Positions 56,002 to 64,000 of a DNA stretch of 64,000 bases are shown piece by piece. Positions within the stretch are counted from its first letter, which is position 1, and the number at the start of each line of letters is the position of its first letter. The translations under genes were made by a program, and so were the position numbers. Under the pieces are notes generated by a model that saw only the letters and a list, made by a program, of their open reading frames with translations, had not been told where the DNA came from and made no database searches. Origin of the DNA: Armatimonadota bacterium (lineage in GTDB: Bacteria; Armatimonadota; Fimbriimonadia; Fimbriimonadales; Fimbriimonadaceae); the NCBI GenBank assembly GCA_020438215.1, contig JAGQUX010000004.1, forward strand, positions 4,636-68,635, read 5' to 3'.

Positions 56002-57121
56002 ATGTTGACGCATGAGCAGCATGAAGCGCTGTCCGGTTCGCGAGGGCGACTGGACGCTATCAGGGGGCATCTTTGACCTCCCCCGCCTGCAATCCGAACT
56101 TCAAAAGCTAGACGAAACCTCCTCGGCCACAGACTTCTGGGACGACCCTCAACGTGCTCAGAAAATTCTGCGAGAAGCGTCGCGGCTACGCGAAATCATT
56201 TCCCCATTTGCAACATTTGAAAAACGGCTGACCGATATCAATGAGTTCCTTGAGCTTCTTGAACTTGAGCCGAACGAAGAATTGCAACAAGATACAGAGC
56301 AAGAACTAGAAAGATATCTTTCTGATCTGGACAAATACGAACTGCAAACTCTCCTGAGCGGTGAATACGATGGTCGCAATGCCATCGTTGAAATCAGCGC
56401 AGGAGCCGGTGGTTCAGAAGCTTGTGACTGGGCAAGCATCCTTTTCCGGATGTACTCCCGCTGGGCACAGAATCACAATTACAAGCTAGAAATCATCAGC
56501 GAAACACCCGGGGATGTCACCGGATATCGCAATATCAGCTTCCAGTTAGATGGCCCCAATGCGTATGGCTACATCAAGGCGGAGAGCGGCGTGCATAGGC
56601 TAGTGCGAATCTCACCGTTTGACGCGGCATCCCGGCGGCACACATCGTTCTGCCGGTTAGAAGTTCTTCCCGAAATGGATGAAACCGAAGTCGTGATCAA
56701 CCCTGATGAGATCAAGGAAGAAACTCTGCGATCATCCGGTGCTGGTGGCCAGCACGTCAACAAAACGGAATCTGCCGTTCGCATGACGCACATCCCAAGT
56801 GGGATCGTGGTTCTCTGTCAGAACGAGCGGTCGCAACATAAGAATCGCGCCAGTGCACTCAAGATTCTTGCCGCCCGCCTCGCTGAAATCCAACGCGCTG
56901 AAGATGCGGAAAAAGCAAGAGCAATCAAAGGTGATGTTGGCCCCGCAGAGTGGGGCCGTCAAATCCGAAGCTATGTCATGCAGCCGTATACGATGGTCAA
57001 AGATCACCGAACGGGGCATGAAACCGGCAACGTCTTAGGCGTGATGGATGGCCAAATCGATGATTTCATCGAAGCGTTCTTGCGTCTACCCAAAGGTGCT
57101 GAGGACACATTCATCGAGTAG
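56002..57121 (+). CDS. prfB: Peptide chain release factor 2 with programmed +1 frameshift
   Basis: ATG 56002, AGGGGG-CAT-CTT-TGA-C slip site at 56062-56077; SPF and GGQ motifs. Confidence 0.97.
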
Positions 57122-57164
57122 CGCAAGTCTGATTCGTGCGTCAAATTCAAGGTAACTCCAATCT

Positions 57165-58784
57165 ATGAGCTCACTTCTGATCGCAAGCCTTCTGATCGCC
57201 CAAGCGAAAGGGCAGATAGAACCTGGCCCAATGTGCCCCCCCGGCACATCGGCCGCATTTCAGAACAATGTACGCCAGATTCTTGATCTCATGGAAGTGA
57301 GCAAATTCGCGGAAGCCAAGAAACTCCTTCCTCGACTGCCTGATACTCAAATCGAATTCTCTTGGGATGACAGCAATGTTCCAGAAGTTCTGAGAGCTGG
57401 ATTCATCGAAGAACGTGACCGGGCTATTTCGACATGGATGGAAATGTATCCGGATTTGAAGATAGTTGAGTCCAAAACCCCCGATGTCACCATCTCGTTC
57501 GCGGATGAGTTGGCGATCAATCCAGATTCGGGGATTCCTTATGGACATGTCGTCTTTGAGACAGAGGGTGAAAAGGCTCCCTACTTTGAGTCCATTATTG
57601 GCCTCAACCGGATGAAGCCCTCGGTTCCGACAGAACGGAACGTCATTGGCACAGAAGTGTCCTTTTTGATCGGTAATATGCTCGGTCTTGCTCCGGCAGT
57701 ACGGCCAGGTGGTGCGATGGGGAGACTCGATACTGCACATTCAATGCGCTCAGCAATAATTCCGTACGAAATCAAAATGGCGCGTGAGAACATAGCCATT
57801 ACCAAGCAACTCAAAAAAGCGATTGAAGAAAAGAAGCCACTTCGTTTTGTTTCCGCAGAGATAGGCGTGCAAACGCAAACTTTGGATTACGGCACATTCT
57901 CTCAAGGTGATGTCCCAGTCAAGCAAGTTGAGGTGACCAATCTTGGTACCGGAAAATTGAGTTTTATTGTTCAGCCAGACTGCAGTTGCTTCCGGGTCGA
58001 TGGACCGCGAGAGCTTGCTCCCGGTCAAAGCGGCATCCTAAATATTTACTTAGACAGCACAGAATTCCCAGGCAAGCAAGATAAGAAGATCGCGATTCTG
58101 AGTAATGACCCTGATCGCTCCACCATCGTTCTGCCGGTTAAAGGATTTGCGACTCCTGCATATCGGTTCCTGAATGAGAGCTCCTCAACACGCACGCTGA
58201 TCATGCCGGCGAACGGGGCTAAATCACGGCTCTATTTGGCATACGATCCTGCAAAGCCTTTCAAAATCCAATCGATTGAAGTTTCAGGAGTTTCCGGTAT
58301 TGCCGACTACTCGGCATGGAAAGGAAGTCTTCCTGACCCTGTCAATAACGAGTCTCCGATGGATCGCGAAGGGTACGCGATTGACCTCCTGCTCTCGCCA
58401 AGTGGGTTTTCTGGGCGCATGCCCGTCACAATAGCGGTCAAAACAGACCATCCGGTCTATTCCACGATTTTCTATCAAATCAATGTTCAAAAAGGTCTGG
58501 CGATGGTGCCGACCAACCTCTACATTGGTCGGGTCAAGAACGTTCCTCAGAGAGTGTTTGGGATTCTCTCTCACCCCAAAGGAAACGTAAAAATTCTGAG
58601 CGTCACCACCAATTCGGAGTATTTCAAAGCTCATGTAGAGCAATTCACGACCGAGGAGTCCAAAATTGTAGTGGAATACGATGGCAAAGCACCCGCGGGT
58701 CTGATTGGTTGTACCGTCACGATCAAAACTGACGACCCCGAAACTCCTCTTATTGAGTATCTCGTTCAGGGCCAAACAGAATGA
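57165..58784 (+). CDS. Secreted DUF1573 (Ig-like) repeat protein with a metzincin-like N-terminal domain
   Basis: VTNLGTGKL...PDCSC...LAPGQSG...KKIAILSNDP repeat; signal peptide. Confidence 0.75.
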   Translation: MSSLLIASLLIAQAKGQIEPGPMCPPGTSAAFQNNVRQILDLMEVSKFAEAKKLLPRLPDTQIEFSWDDSNVPEVLRAGFIEERDRAISTWMEMYPDLKIVESKTPDVTISFADELAINPDSGIPYGHVVFETEGEKAPYFESIIGLNRMKPSVPTERNVIGTEVSFLIGNMLGLAPAVRPGGAMGRLDTAHSMRSAIIPYEIKMARENIAITKQLKKAIEEKKPLRFVSAEIGVQTQTLDYGTFSQGDVPVKQVEVTNLGTGKLSFIVQPDCSCFRVDGPRELAPGQSGILNIYLDSTEFPGKQDKKIAILSNDPDRSTIVLPVKGFATPAYRFLNESSSTRTLIMPANGAKSRLYLAYDPAKPFKIQSIEVSGVSGIADYSAWKGSLPDPVNNESPMDREGYAIDLLLSPSGFSGRMPVTIAVKTDHPVYSTIFYQINVQKGLAMVPTNLYIGRVKNVPQRVFGILSHPKGNVKILSVTTNSEYFKAHVEQFTTEESKIVVEYDGKAPAGLIGCTVTIKTDDPETPLIEYLVQGQTE

Positions 58785-60010
58785 AATGGGTTGGCTTGCT
58801 CGCGGCACTCGCATTTCTGACTTTAGTCGGGATGTCGCGCGGTGAGCAAGCCGAAGAACCCTGGGCCATCATAATCAGCGGGGATACGGCGGGTTATCTG
58901 TCTCCTTGTGGATGCACTAAGCCGATGACTGGCGGCATCCGCCGCCGCGCCACCGCAATCAATCAATTCCGGCAAGGCGAAAAGACACTCGTTCTGGACA
59001 CGGGCCAAATTTCTGGTGGAGCCGGGCGACAACACGAGATCAAAGCAGAAACCGTCGCAGAAATCCTTGGACGACTGAAGGTAGATGCGATGAACTTAAC
59101 CCGAGAGGATGTCCAGGCTGGACTTGGCAATTTGGCTGCCCTCCAACGACTTTCAGGAGATGCTTTCGTTTCTGCAAATGTCCCCGATCCTGGTTTGGGC
59201 GGCTATCTTTTCGCGAAGTCAAAGGTGCCTTTCCTTATCTCGGGAATTGATCCGCGACTCGGCCCTTACGAATCTAAGGTCAAAGAGTTTGTCAATGAGG
59301 CGCAAATTTCCAAGACCGTTCCCATCCTGATGACAACCGGAGATGAAAAACACGCTCGCGAACTTGCCGAGAAGTTCAACGGTCTCCGCCTCATCATCTA
59401 TCGGAGCACGAGCCAAGTTTCTGACCAACCGATCCAAATTGGGTACACAACCCTCGTGAGCCCCGGCGAAAAGGGAAAAGCGGTCATCAAATTGAGCTGG
59501 ACTGGAAGTGGCTTTTCGGGGTACGTGGCCAACCACCTCAGCGAAGAGGTTCCCAATGATCCTGCGGCTCAAGAGTCATTTTCAACTTATCTGAGCCGTG
59601 TCAAAGCCGAAAAACTCCTGGATATGAAGCCGCGTACTAGTCATGATGCATTCGCCGGCTCGAAAGCTTGCCAAAGCTGCCATCAGCGAGAGTACGACAT
59701 TTGGGCGCACTCCAAACACGCCGAGGCTCTCAAAACGCTAGAGAAGGACGGACACGATTTCGATCCGGATTGCGTGAGTTGTCATGTTGTTGGGTTGGAC
59801 TCTACGAAAGGGTTCAAAAGCCGTGATCTCACCCCACTCCTCACCGATGTCGGGTGCGAAAGCTGCCACGGCCCCGCAACCGAACATGTAATGAAACCAA
59901 AGAAACATCCTCTTCCGAAAGCAGGAGAAAAATCGTGCAGCTCTTGCCACAATCTTGAACACTCTCCGACTTTTGATTTCGTTGACTACTGGCGAAAAAT
60001 CAAGCACTAA
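58781..60010 (+). CDS. 5'-nucleotidase-like (degenerate) domain fused to a tetraheme cytochrome c
   Basis: SGDTAGYLSPCGC, GGIRRR, LDTG; CQSCH, CVSCH, CESCH, CSSCH; signal peptide; ATGA overlap. Confidence 0.85.
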   Translation: MKWVGLLAALAFLTLVGMSRGEQAEEPWAIIISGDTAGYLSPCGCTKPMTGGIRRRATAINQFRQGEKTLVLDTGQISGGAGRQHEIKAETVAEILGRLKVDAMNLTREDVQAGLGNLAALQRLSGDAFVSANVPDPGLGGYLFAKSKVPFLISGIDPRLGPYESKVKEFVNEAQISKTVPILMTTGDEKHARELAEKFNGLRLIIYRSTSQVSDQPIQIGYTTLVSPGEKGKAVIKLSWTGSGFSGYVANHLSEEVPNDPAAQESFSTYLSRVKAEKLLDMKPRTSHDAFAGSKACQSCHQREYDIWAHSKHAEALKTLEKDGHDFDPDCVSCHVVGLDSTKGFKSRDLTPLLTDVGCESCHGPATEHVMKPKKHPLPKAGEKSCSSCHNLEHSPTFDFVDYWRKIKH

Positions 60011-60033
60011 ATCAACGCCCTATTTTGTGCCGC

Positions 60034-60062
60034 TGTGGAAAAGAATGCTTGCCCGTGGAAAA
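60034..60062. promoter_or_regulatory. Two DnaA-box-like sites
   Basis: TGTGGAAAA (= TTTTCCACA, consensus match) and CGTGGAAAA (one mismatch), 20 bp apart. Confidence 0.5.
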
Positions 60063-60278
60063 GTCACTCTGCTGAGTTGAAACTTTTCCCCGCAATTCCG
60101 ATCCTTGCTCATTTTGAACCTAATTTTCTGTCTCAACTGTCCTGATCGGGTCTTGACAAGCACCGCTCAAAAGCGGGATTCTGGATGCACTTCACCGCCA
60201 GAGTGAAGACTTCTCCACTTTCCCTGAGAGAGCAATCGTTGAAATGTATCCAGTACCAAGAGGTTATCGCGAAGCAAA

Positions 60279-61235
60279 ATGAGACCAACTCGTCCAGAAA
60301 GCCGAGTTGTTGCCAAACGTTCGCGCAAACTCCTTACGCCACTCCCCAGCAATATCCAGGCGATCAATGCGGTAGAGCAGTTGCTTTCTGGCTATCAACC
60401 GTATGTTCTCATCTGCGGGCAAAGCGGGTGGGGCAAATCACACCTTTTGAGAAGTTGCGCTGTTCTCGCCGAAGAACATAGCCAAGATCGAGTTCTTTCC
60501 ATGTCTGCGATTGAGTTCCTGAAGACCGCTATCGATCCTGGCCTGACTGGACATCTGATCCTCGACGACATTCAAGACGCACTCCGCAATCCGCGCACTC
60601 GCCATGAGTTGATGTACCGCCTAGAACGAAGAATGCGCCTTCATCGACCGACGCTGCTCAGTTCTTCGCTTCCGGCAACAAACAAGAAGCTAATCGCAGC
60701 CCTTCCCAGCTACCGGCGATGGCTCGTTGTTTCGATGGATCGCCCATCGGCAAGCGAGCGCGTTCAAATCGTCGCAAAAATTGCTGAATCAGAAGGAATT
60801 CGAATTCACCCCTCTCTCGCCGAGTTGATGGCGAACCACATGAACGGGAACGGCAATTCCATTGTTGGAGCACTCCAGCGACTCAGGTTGATGAATACAA
60901 ACTGGTCGCAGGAAAGTTCGCTCCTTGAAGCATGCGGAATTCTCATGCCCTACCTCATCGGCAAGCAAGGATGGGATCCACGAGATGTCATCCATGACAT
61001 TTGTGACCAAACAATCAAAAACCAGAGTCTTGGCCTCAATATTGAGGATGTCGCCTGCTATTTGATGCTATCTCGCGCCAAATTCTCCGAGCAATCAGTC
61101 AGCGATTTTGTTGGAAAGACGGTTGGGCAATGCTATCTTGCCTCAGCCCGCATCCGCAAACAAATCCAACGTGACGAAACACGGGCAAAAGTAGAAATCT
61201 GCGAGCAGGAGGTTCTGAAGGCCCTCGCAAGTTGA
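60279..61235 (+). CDS. DnaA-related AAA+ protein (no domain I, divergent domain IV)
   Basis: PSN, GQSGWGKSHLL, LILDDIQ, ERVQIV, GAL; C-terminal VACYL helix. Confidence 0.75.
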   Translation: MRPTRPESRVVAKRSRKLLTPLPSNIQAINAVEQLLSGYQPYVLICGQSGWGKSHLLRSCAVLAEEHSQDRVLSMSAIEFLKTAIDPGLTGHLILDDIQDALRNPRTRHELMYRLERRMRLHRPTLLSSSLPATNKKLIAALPSYRRWLVVSMDRPSASERVQIVAKIAESEGIRIHPSLAELMANHMNGNGNSIVGALQRLRLMNTNWSQESSLLEACGILMPYLIGKQGWDPRDVIHDICDQTIKNQSLGLNIEDVACYLMLSRAKFSEQSVSDFVGKTVGQCYLASARIRKQIQRDETRAKVEICEQEVLKALAS

Positions 61236-61286
61236 TAGGGAAAAGCACTCCAACTTCCATTGGCCCGGAAATTGCATCCGGGAAAG

Positions 61287-62432
61287 ATGGTTGCGGATGT
61301 TATCCTTCACCCTCTTTCTCCCATGCGCACCATAGCTGAACTCGGATTGAACAAGCTCACGGTCAGTACCGACCGTCGAGTTTCCGAAGCGTTGTCGATC
61401 ATGCAGCGCTCGAATCAAGCCGCATTGACCGTTGAGGAAAACGGACAAGCGGTGGGCATGCTCACGCTAGAAGCGGCTGTCCTCTCCGATTCCGATGCAA
61501 CTGTTCTTAGCGTCATGCGAGGGATTCCCTTCCGGATTGATGCTGATGCACTTGTTCGCCAAGCAGCCAAAGATTTCGTCAATGAGCAAGCCGAATTCGC
61601 CGCCGTTTACAAAGATCAGAAGTTCGTTGGGCTGGTCAGCGCCCTCATGCTCATCACCGAGCTTGGTCGAAGCTGGGATCCACTCACCGGGCTGAGTTGG
61701 AGCGACCGCCTCCGCGATTGGGGCGTCGATTGTCTCGATAATGGTCAGGAGATCAGTATTGTCTTCTTTGACCTCAACGATTTTGGCGTCTACAACAAGA
61801 AGCACGGGCATATCATCGGCGACAACGTTCTCAAGGGATTTGCGCGATTGCTGACCCAAGCGATTGACCCAAATCGAGATGTCCTAGTCCGCTATGGCGG
61901 TGATGAATTTGCCATCGGCACGACCCGGAATCGCGAGGAGACTATGACGCTTCTCGAGAATTTGGGCGAGCCCAGCTTTTCCATTCCTGGTTTGGAAGAG
62001 CCGGTCGGGTTCTGTTACGGAGTCAGTGGCGGCAAGCGCACTCAGGAACCGAGCCGCAATCACGTTGCCGCTACGCTGGATAATTTGATCAACTTGGCTT
62101 CGCAGGCTTGTTTAGCCAGCAAGCCCGGCGCACAGAAAGGAAAGATACTCCTGGATGCCCCGAAAGCCGAGCCCATCCGCTCGGGCCATGTTCCCAGCGG
62201 CCACGAACTACAAGCCATCGCAGAAAATGCGGCCAAGAACCTTGATAGTAAGTCATTTCGCATTACGGAAACCCTGTTTGTCATGGACGAGTCCGGTTCA
62301 AAGGTCGCGGTGATCGGGGAACGCATAGGCAAAAAAGGCACGAAGCGCGTATCCGGTGAAAGTAGCTTGAACGGCGACATTGATCAGGCGGCAATCCAAG
62401 CTGTTCACGATGCTTTTGACCGATTGGCCTAA
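61287..62432 (+). CDS. CBS-domain diguanylate cyclase (GGDEF) (start uncertain: 61260, 61287 or 61323)
   Basis: CBS pair, DPLTGL, FFDLNDF, HGHIIGDNVL, RYGGDEF. Confidence 0.88.
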   Translation: MVADVILHPLSPMRTIAELGLNKLTVSTDRRVSEALSIMQRSNQAALTVEENGQAVGMLTLEAAVLSDSDATVLSVMRGIPFRIDADALVRQAAKDFVNEQAEFAAVYKDQKFVGLVSALMLITELGRSWDPLTGLSWSDRLRDWGVDCLDNGQEISIVFFDLNDFGVYNKKHGHIIGDNVLKGFARLLTQAIDPNRDVLVRYGGDEFAIGTTRNREETMTLLENLGEPSFSIPGLEEPVGFCYGVSGGKRTQEPSRNHVAATLDNLINLASQACLASKPGAQKGKILLDAPKAEPIRSGHVPSGHELQAIAENAAKNLDSKSFRITETLFVMDESGSKVAVIGERIGKKGTKRVSGESSLNGDIDQAAIQAVHDAFDRLA

Positions 62433-62495
62433 AATTCTTTTCTGCATTCCTGCGAACTGACACGGCAGATTCCATCGTAGAATCCAATAACTCCC

Positions 62496-64000
62496 ATGGA
62501 TTTGCCGAATGAACACAATGCTCTCTTGATCCTCGATCGGATTGAAGGGCACGTTGGCGCGAGCGATTCCAAGCTCAGTAGCTACCTTTCTGCCCTCCGC
62601 GAAGAACTTCGCAAGGCGGATAAGAAGCAGCGTGACAATGCTGAGGTCATCGCGCAATACGAAGAGGCTTACGAGAAGCTGACCTCACCGGCAAATCGGG
62701 TCGGCATCTTTATCCGGCACTTAGACGATGGGAATGTCGAGGTCCTCCTTGGAGATTCCGAGTACGTCGCAATGGTCGATCCTAAAGTGGATACCGATGC
62801 ACTCAAACCTGGAATGCGGGTTCGCCTGAACGATGCCTATGCGGTTCTCGGTGGAATGAACGGCTCCAGCATCGGCTCAATCGTTAAGGTAACGGACGTG
62901 CGGGAAGACGGGCGGCTCCGTATCAATAACGAGGGCCAGTCCGGGGCGGGTGATCTGATTCTCCGCTCGGAAGCGCTCGTAGGAGCCGAAATCAAAACTG
63001 GTGATGAAGTTAGGCTTGACCCCAGTCGCAAAGTTGCCCTCGAGCATTTCCCCCGTGAAGACACGAAGGATTATTTCATTGAAGACATTCATGAAACTGA
63101 ATGGTCAAAAATCGGTGGGCAGGAGGAAGCCATTGAGCTGATTCGAGAAACAATAGAGCACCCACTTCTCTATCCCGAGATCTACGAGCGGTTTGATAAA
63201 AAGCCGATCAAAGGACTTCTCCTCTATGGCCCGCCCGGGTGCGGCAAAACCCTGATTGGGAAGGCGGTTGCCTACAACCTTGCCAAAGAAGTCAGCGAGC
63301 GCACGGGCAAGGAGACCAAGGAGTGCTTCATGCACATCTCCGGCCCGAAGATCCTGAACATGTGGCTCGGAGAAACGGAACGCATGGTGCGGGAAATCTT
63401 TACAACAGCCCGTAACAAAGCGAAGGAAGGGCATCTGGTTGTCATCTTCATTGACGAGGCGGAATCCATTCTGCGGACACGCAGTTCTGGTCGGTGGCTG
63501 AACATCAGTAATACGGTTGTGCCTCAGTTCTGCGCGGAGATGGATGGACTTGTTGAACTTGAGAATGTCGTTCTCATCATCACCTCCAACCGCCCGGACT
63601 ACATTGATCCGGCAATCCTCCGACCTGAGCGGATTGACCGCAAAATCCGGGTTCGCCGGCCCGATAAAGAAGCCTGCCGCGAGATTCTCAGCATCTATCT
63701 AACCGATAAATTACCAATCGATCCAGAATTCTCAAAAGCGAACGACGGTGATGCCTGTGCGCGCAAAGCACTCGTCGAATCCACGCTCGCCAGCCTCTGG
63801 AAAGAGTCGAAGCAAACAGAGTTCCTCAAAATCCAGATGCGATCGAGTGAAAGCAAAACACTTTATTGGAAAGATTTGGTGAGCGGTGCATTGCTCAAGT
63901 CGGTAGTGGATCGCGCGAAGGATATTGCCATCCGGCGCGCGATTGCAGATCCCAAAACCACACACGGTCTGAACGCGGAGGATTTGGAAGAAGCGTTATT
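62496..64000 (+). CDS. arc: Proteasome-associated AAA+ ATPase ARC/Mpa (3'-partial)
   Basis: Hand translation gives a coiled coil, OB-like domains, IGGQ, GPPGCGKT, KILNMWLGETER, IFIDE, SNRPDYIDPAILRP and LYWKDLVSGA; open to the window end. Confidence 0.9.
   Translation, partial: MDLPNEHNALLILDRIEGHVGASDSKLSSYLSALREELRKADKKQRDNAEVIAQYEEAYEKLTSPANRVGIFIRHLDDGNVEVLLGDSEYVAMVDPKVDTDALKPGMRVRLNDAYAVLGGMNGSSIGSIVKVTDVREDGRLRINNEGQSGAGDLILRSEALVGAEIKTGDEVRLDPSRKVALEHFPREDTKDYFIEDIHETEWSKIGGQEEAIELIRETIEHPLLYPEIYERFDKKPIKGLLLYGPPGCGKTLIGKAVAYNLAKEVSERTGKETKECFMHISGPKILNMWLGETERMVREIFTTARNKAKEGHLVVIFIDEAESILRTRSSGRWLNISNTVVPQFCAEMDGLVELENVVLIITSNRPDYIDPAILRPERIDRKIRVRRPDKEACREILSIYLTDKLPIDPEFSKANDGDACARKALVESTLASLWKESKQTEFLKIQMRSSESKTLYWKDLVSGALLKSVVDRAKDIAIRRAIADPKTTHGLNAEDLEEAL

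Noticed and set aside
58904-58915. Selenocysteine in the PCGC motif
   Set aside because: The codons are CCT TGT GGA TGC; there is no UGA.

Overview
A gene-dense (~50% GC) bacterial chromosomal segment that is mostly housekeeping. It most resembles Armatimonadota (Fimbriimonadaceae-like); that is an inference from overall gene content and recalled protein similarity, not a database result. In order: a partial secreted protein, pstSCA with a candidate Pho box, acpS, a FadF-like Fe-S protein, queCE, rpsU-pgpH-ybeY-dgkA-corC, tsaE, an IDO-fold protein, flagellin, two 160-bp REP-like repeats, rpmH-rnpA-yidD-yidC-jag, tricorn protease, a giant GspE/PilB-family protein, rnpB, an array of orphan membrane genes, tRNA-Tyr/tRNA-Thr, tkt, a UGA-containing selD, leuC, GH95, gap, fliS, two secreted proteins with a shared C-terminal domain, frameshifted prfB, a DUF1573 plus multiheme cytochrome pair, a DnaA paralogue, a CBS-GGDEF protein and a partial ARC/Mpa proteasome ATPase. 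I saw no integrase, transposase, prophage or CRISPR array. The ORF track misses or truncates several real genes (rpsU, rpmH, rnpA, selD, prfB and both edge genes). Best leads: (1) a shared ~150-aa C-terminal domain ending RRRGG-x-P-x-PY on two unrelated secreted proteins; (2) the PilB-like protein with a ~630-aa disordered arm carrying repeated Trp motifs, an intact c-di-GMP motif and a degenerate ATPase; (3) the pseudo-metzincin/DUF1573 plus CGC-phosphoesterase/tetraheme operon; (4) a DnaA paralogue preceded by DnaA boxes; (5) an array of ~4-TM orphan proteins; (6) selenocysteine SelD with a candidate SECIS. Family assignments rest on motif recognition by eye; no searches were run.
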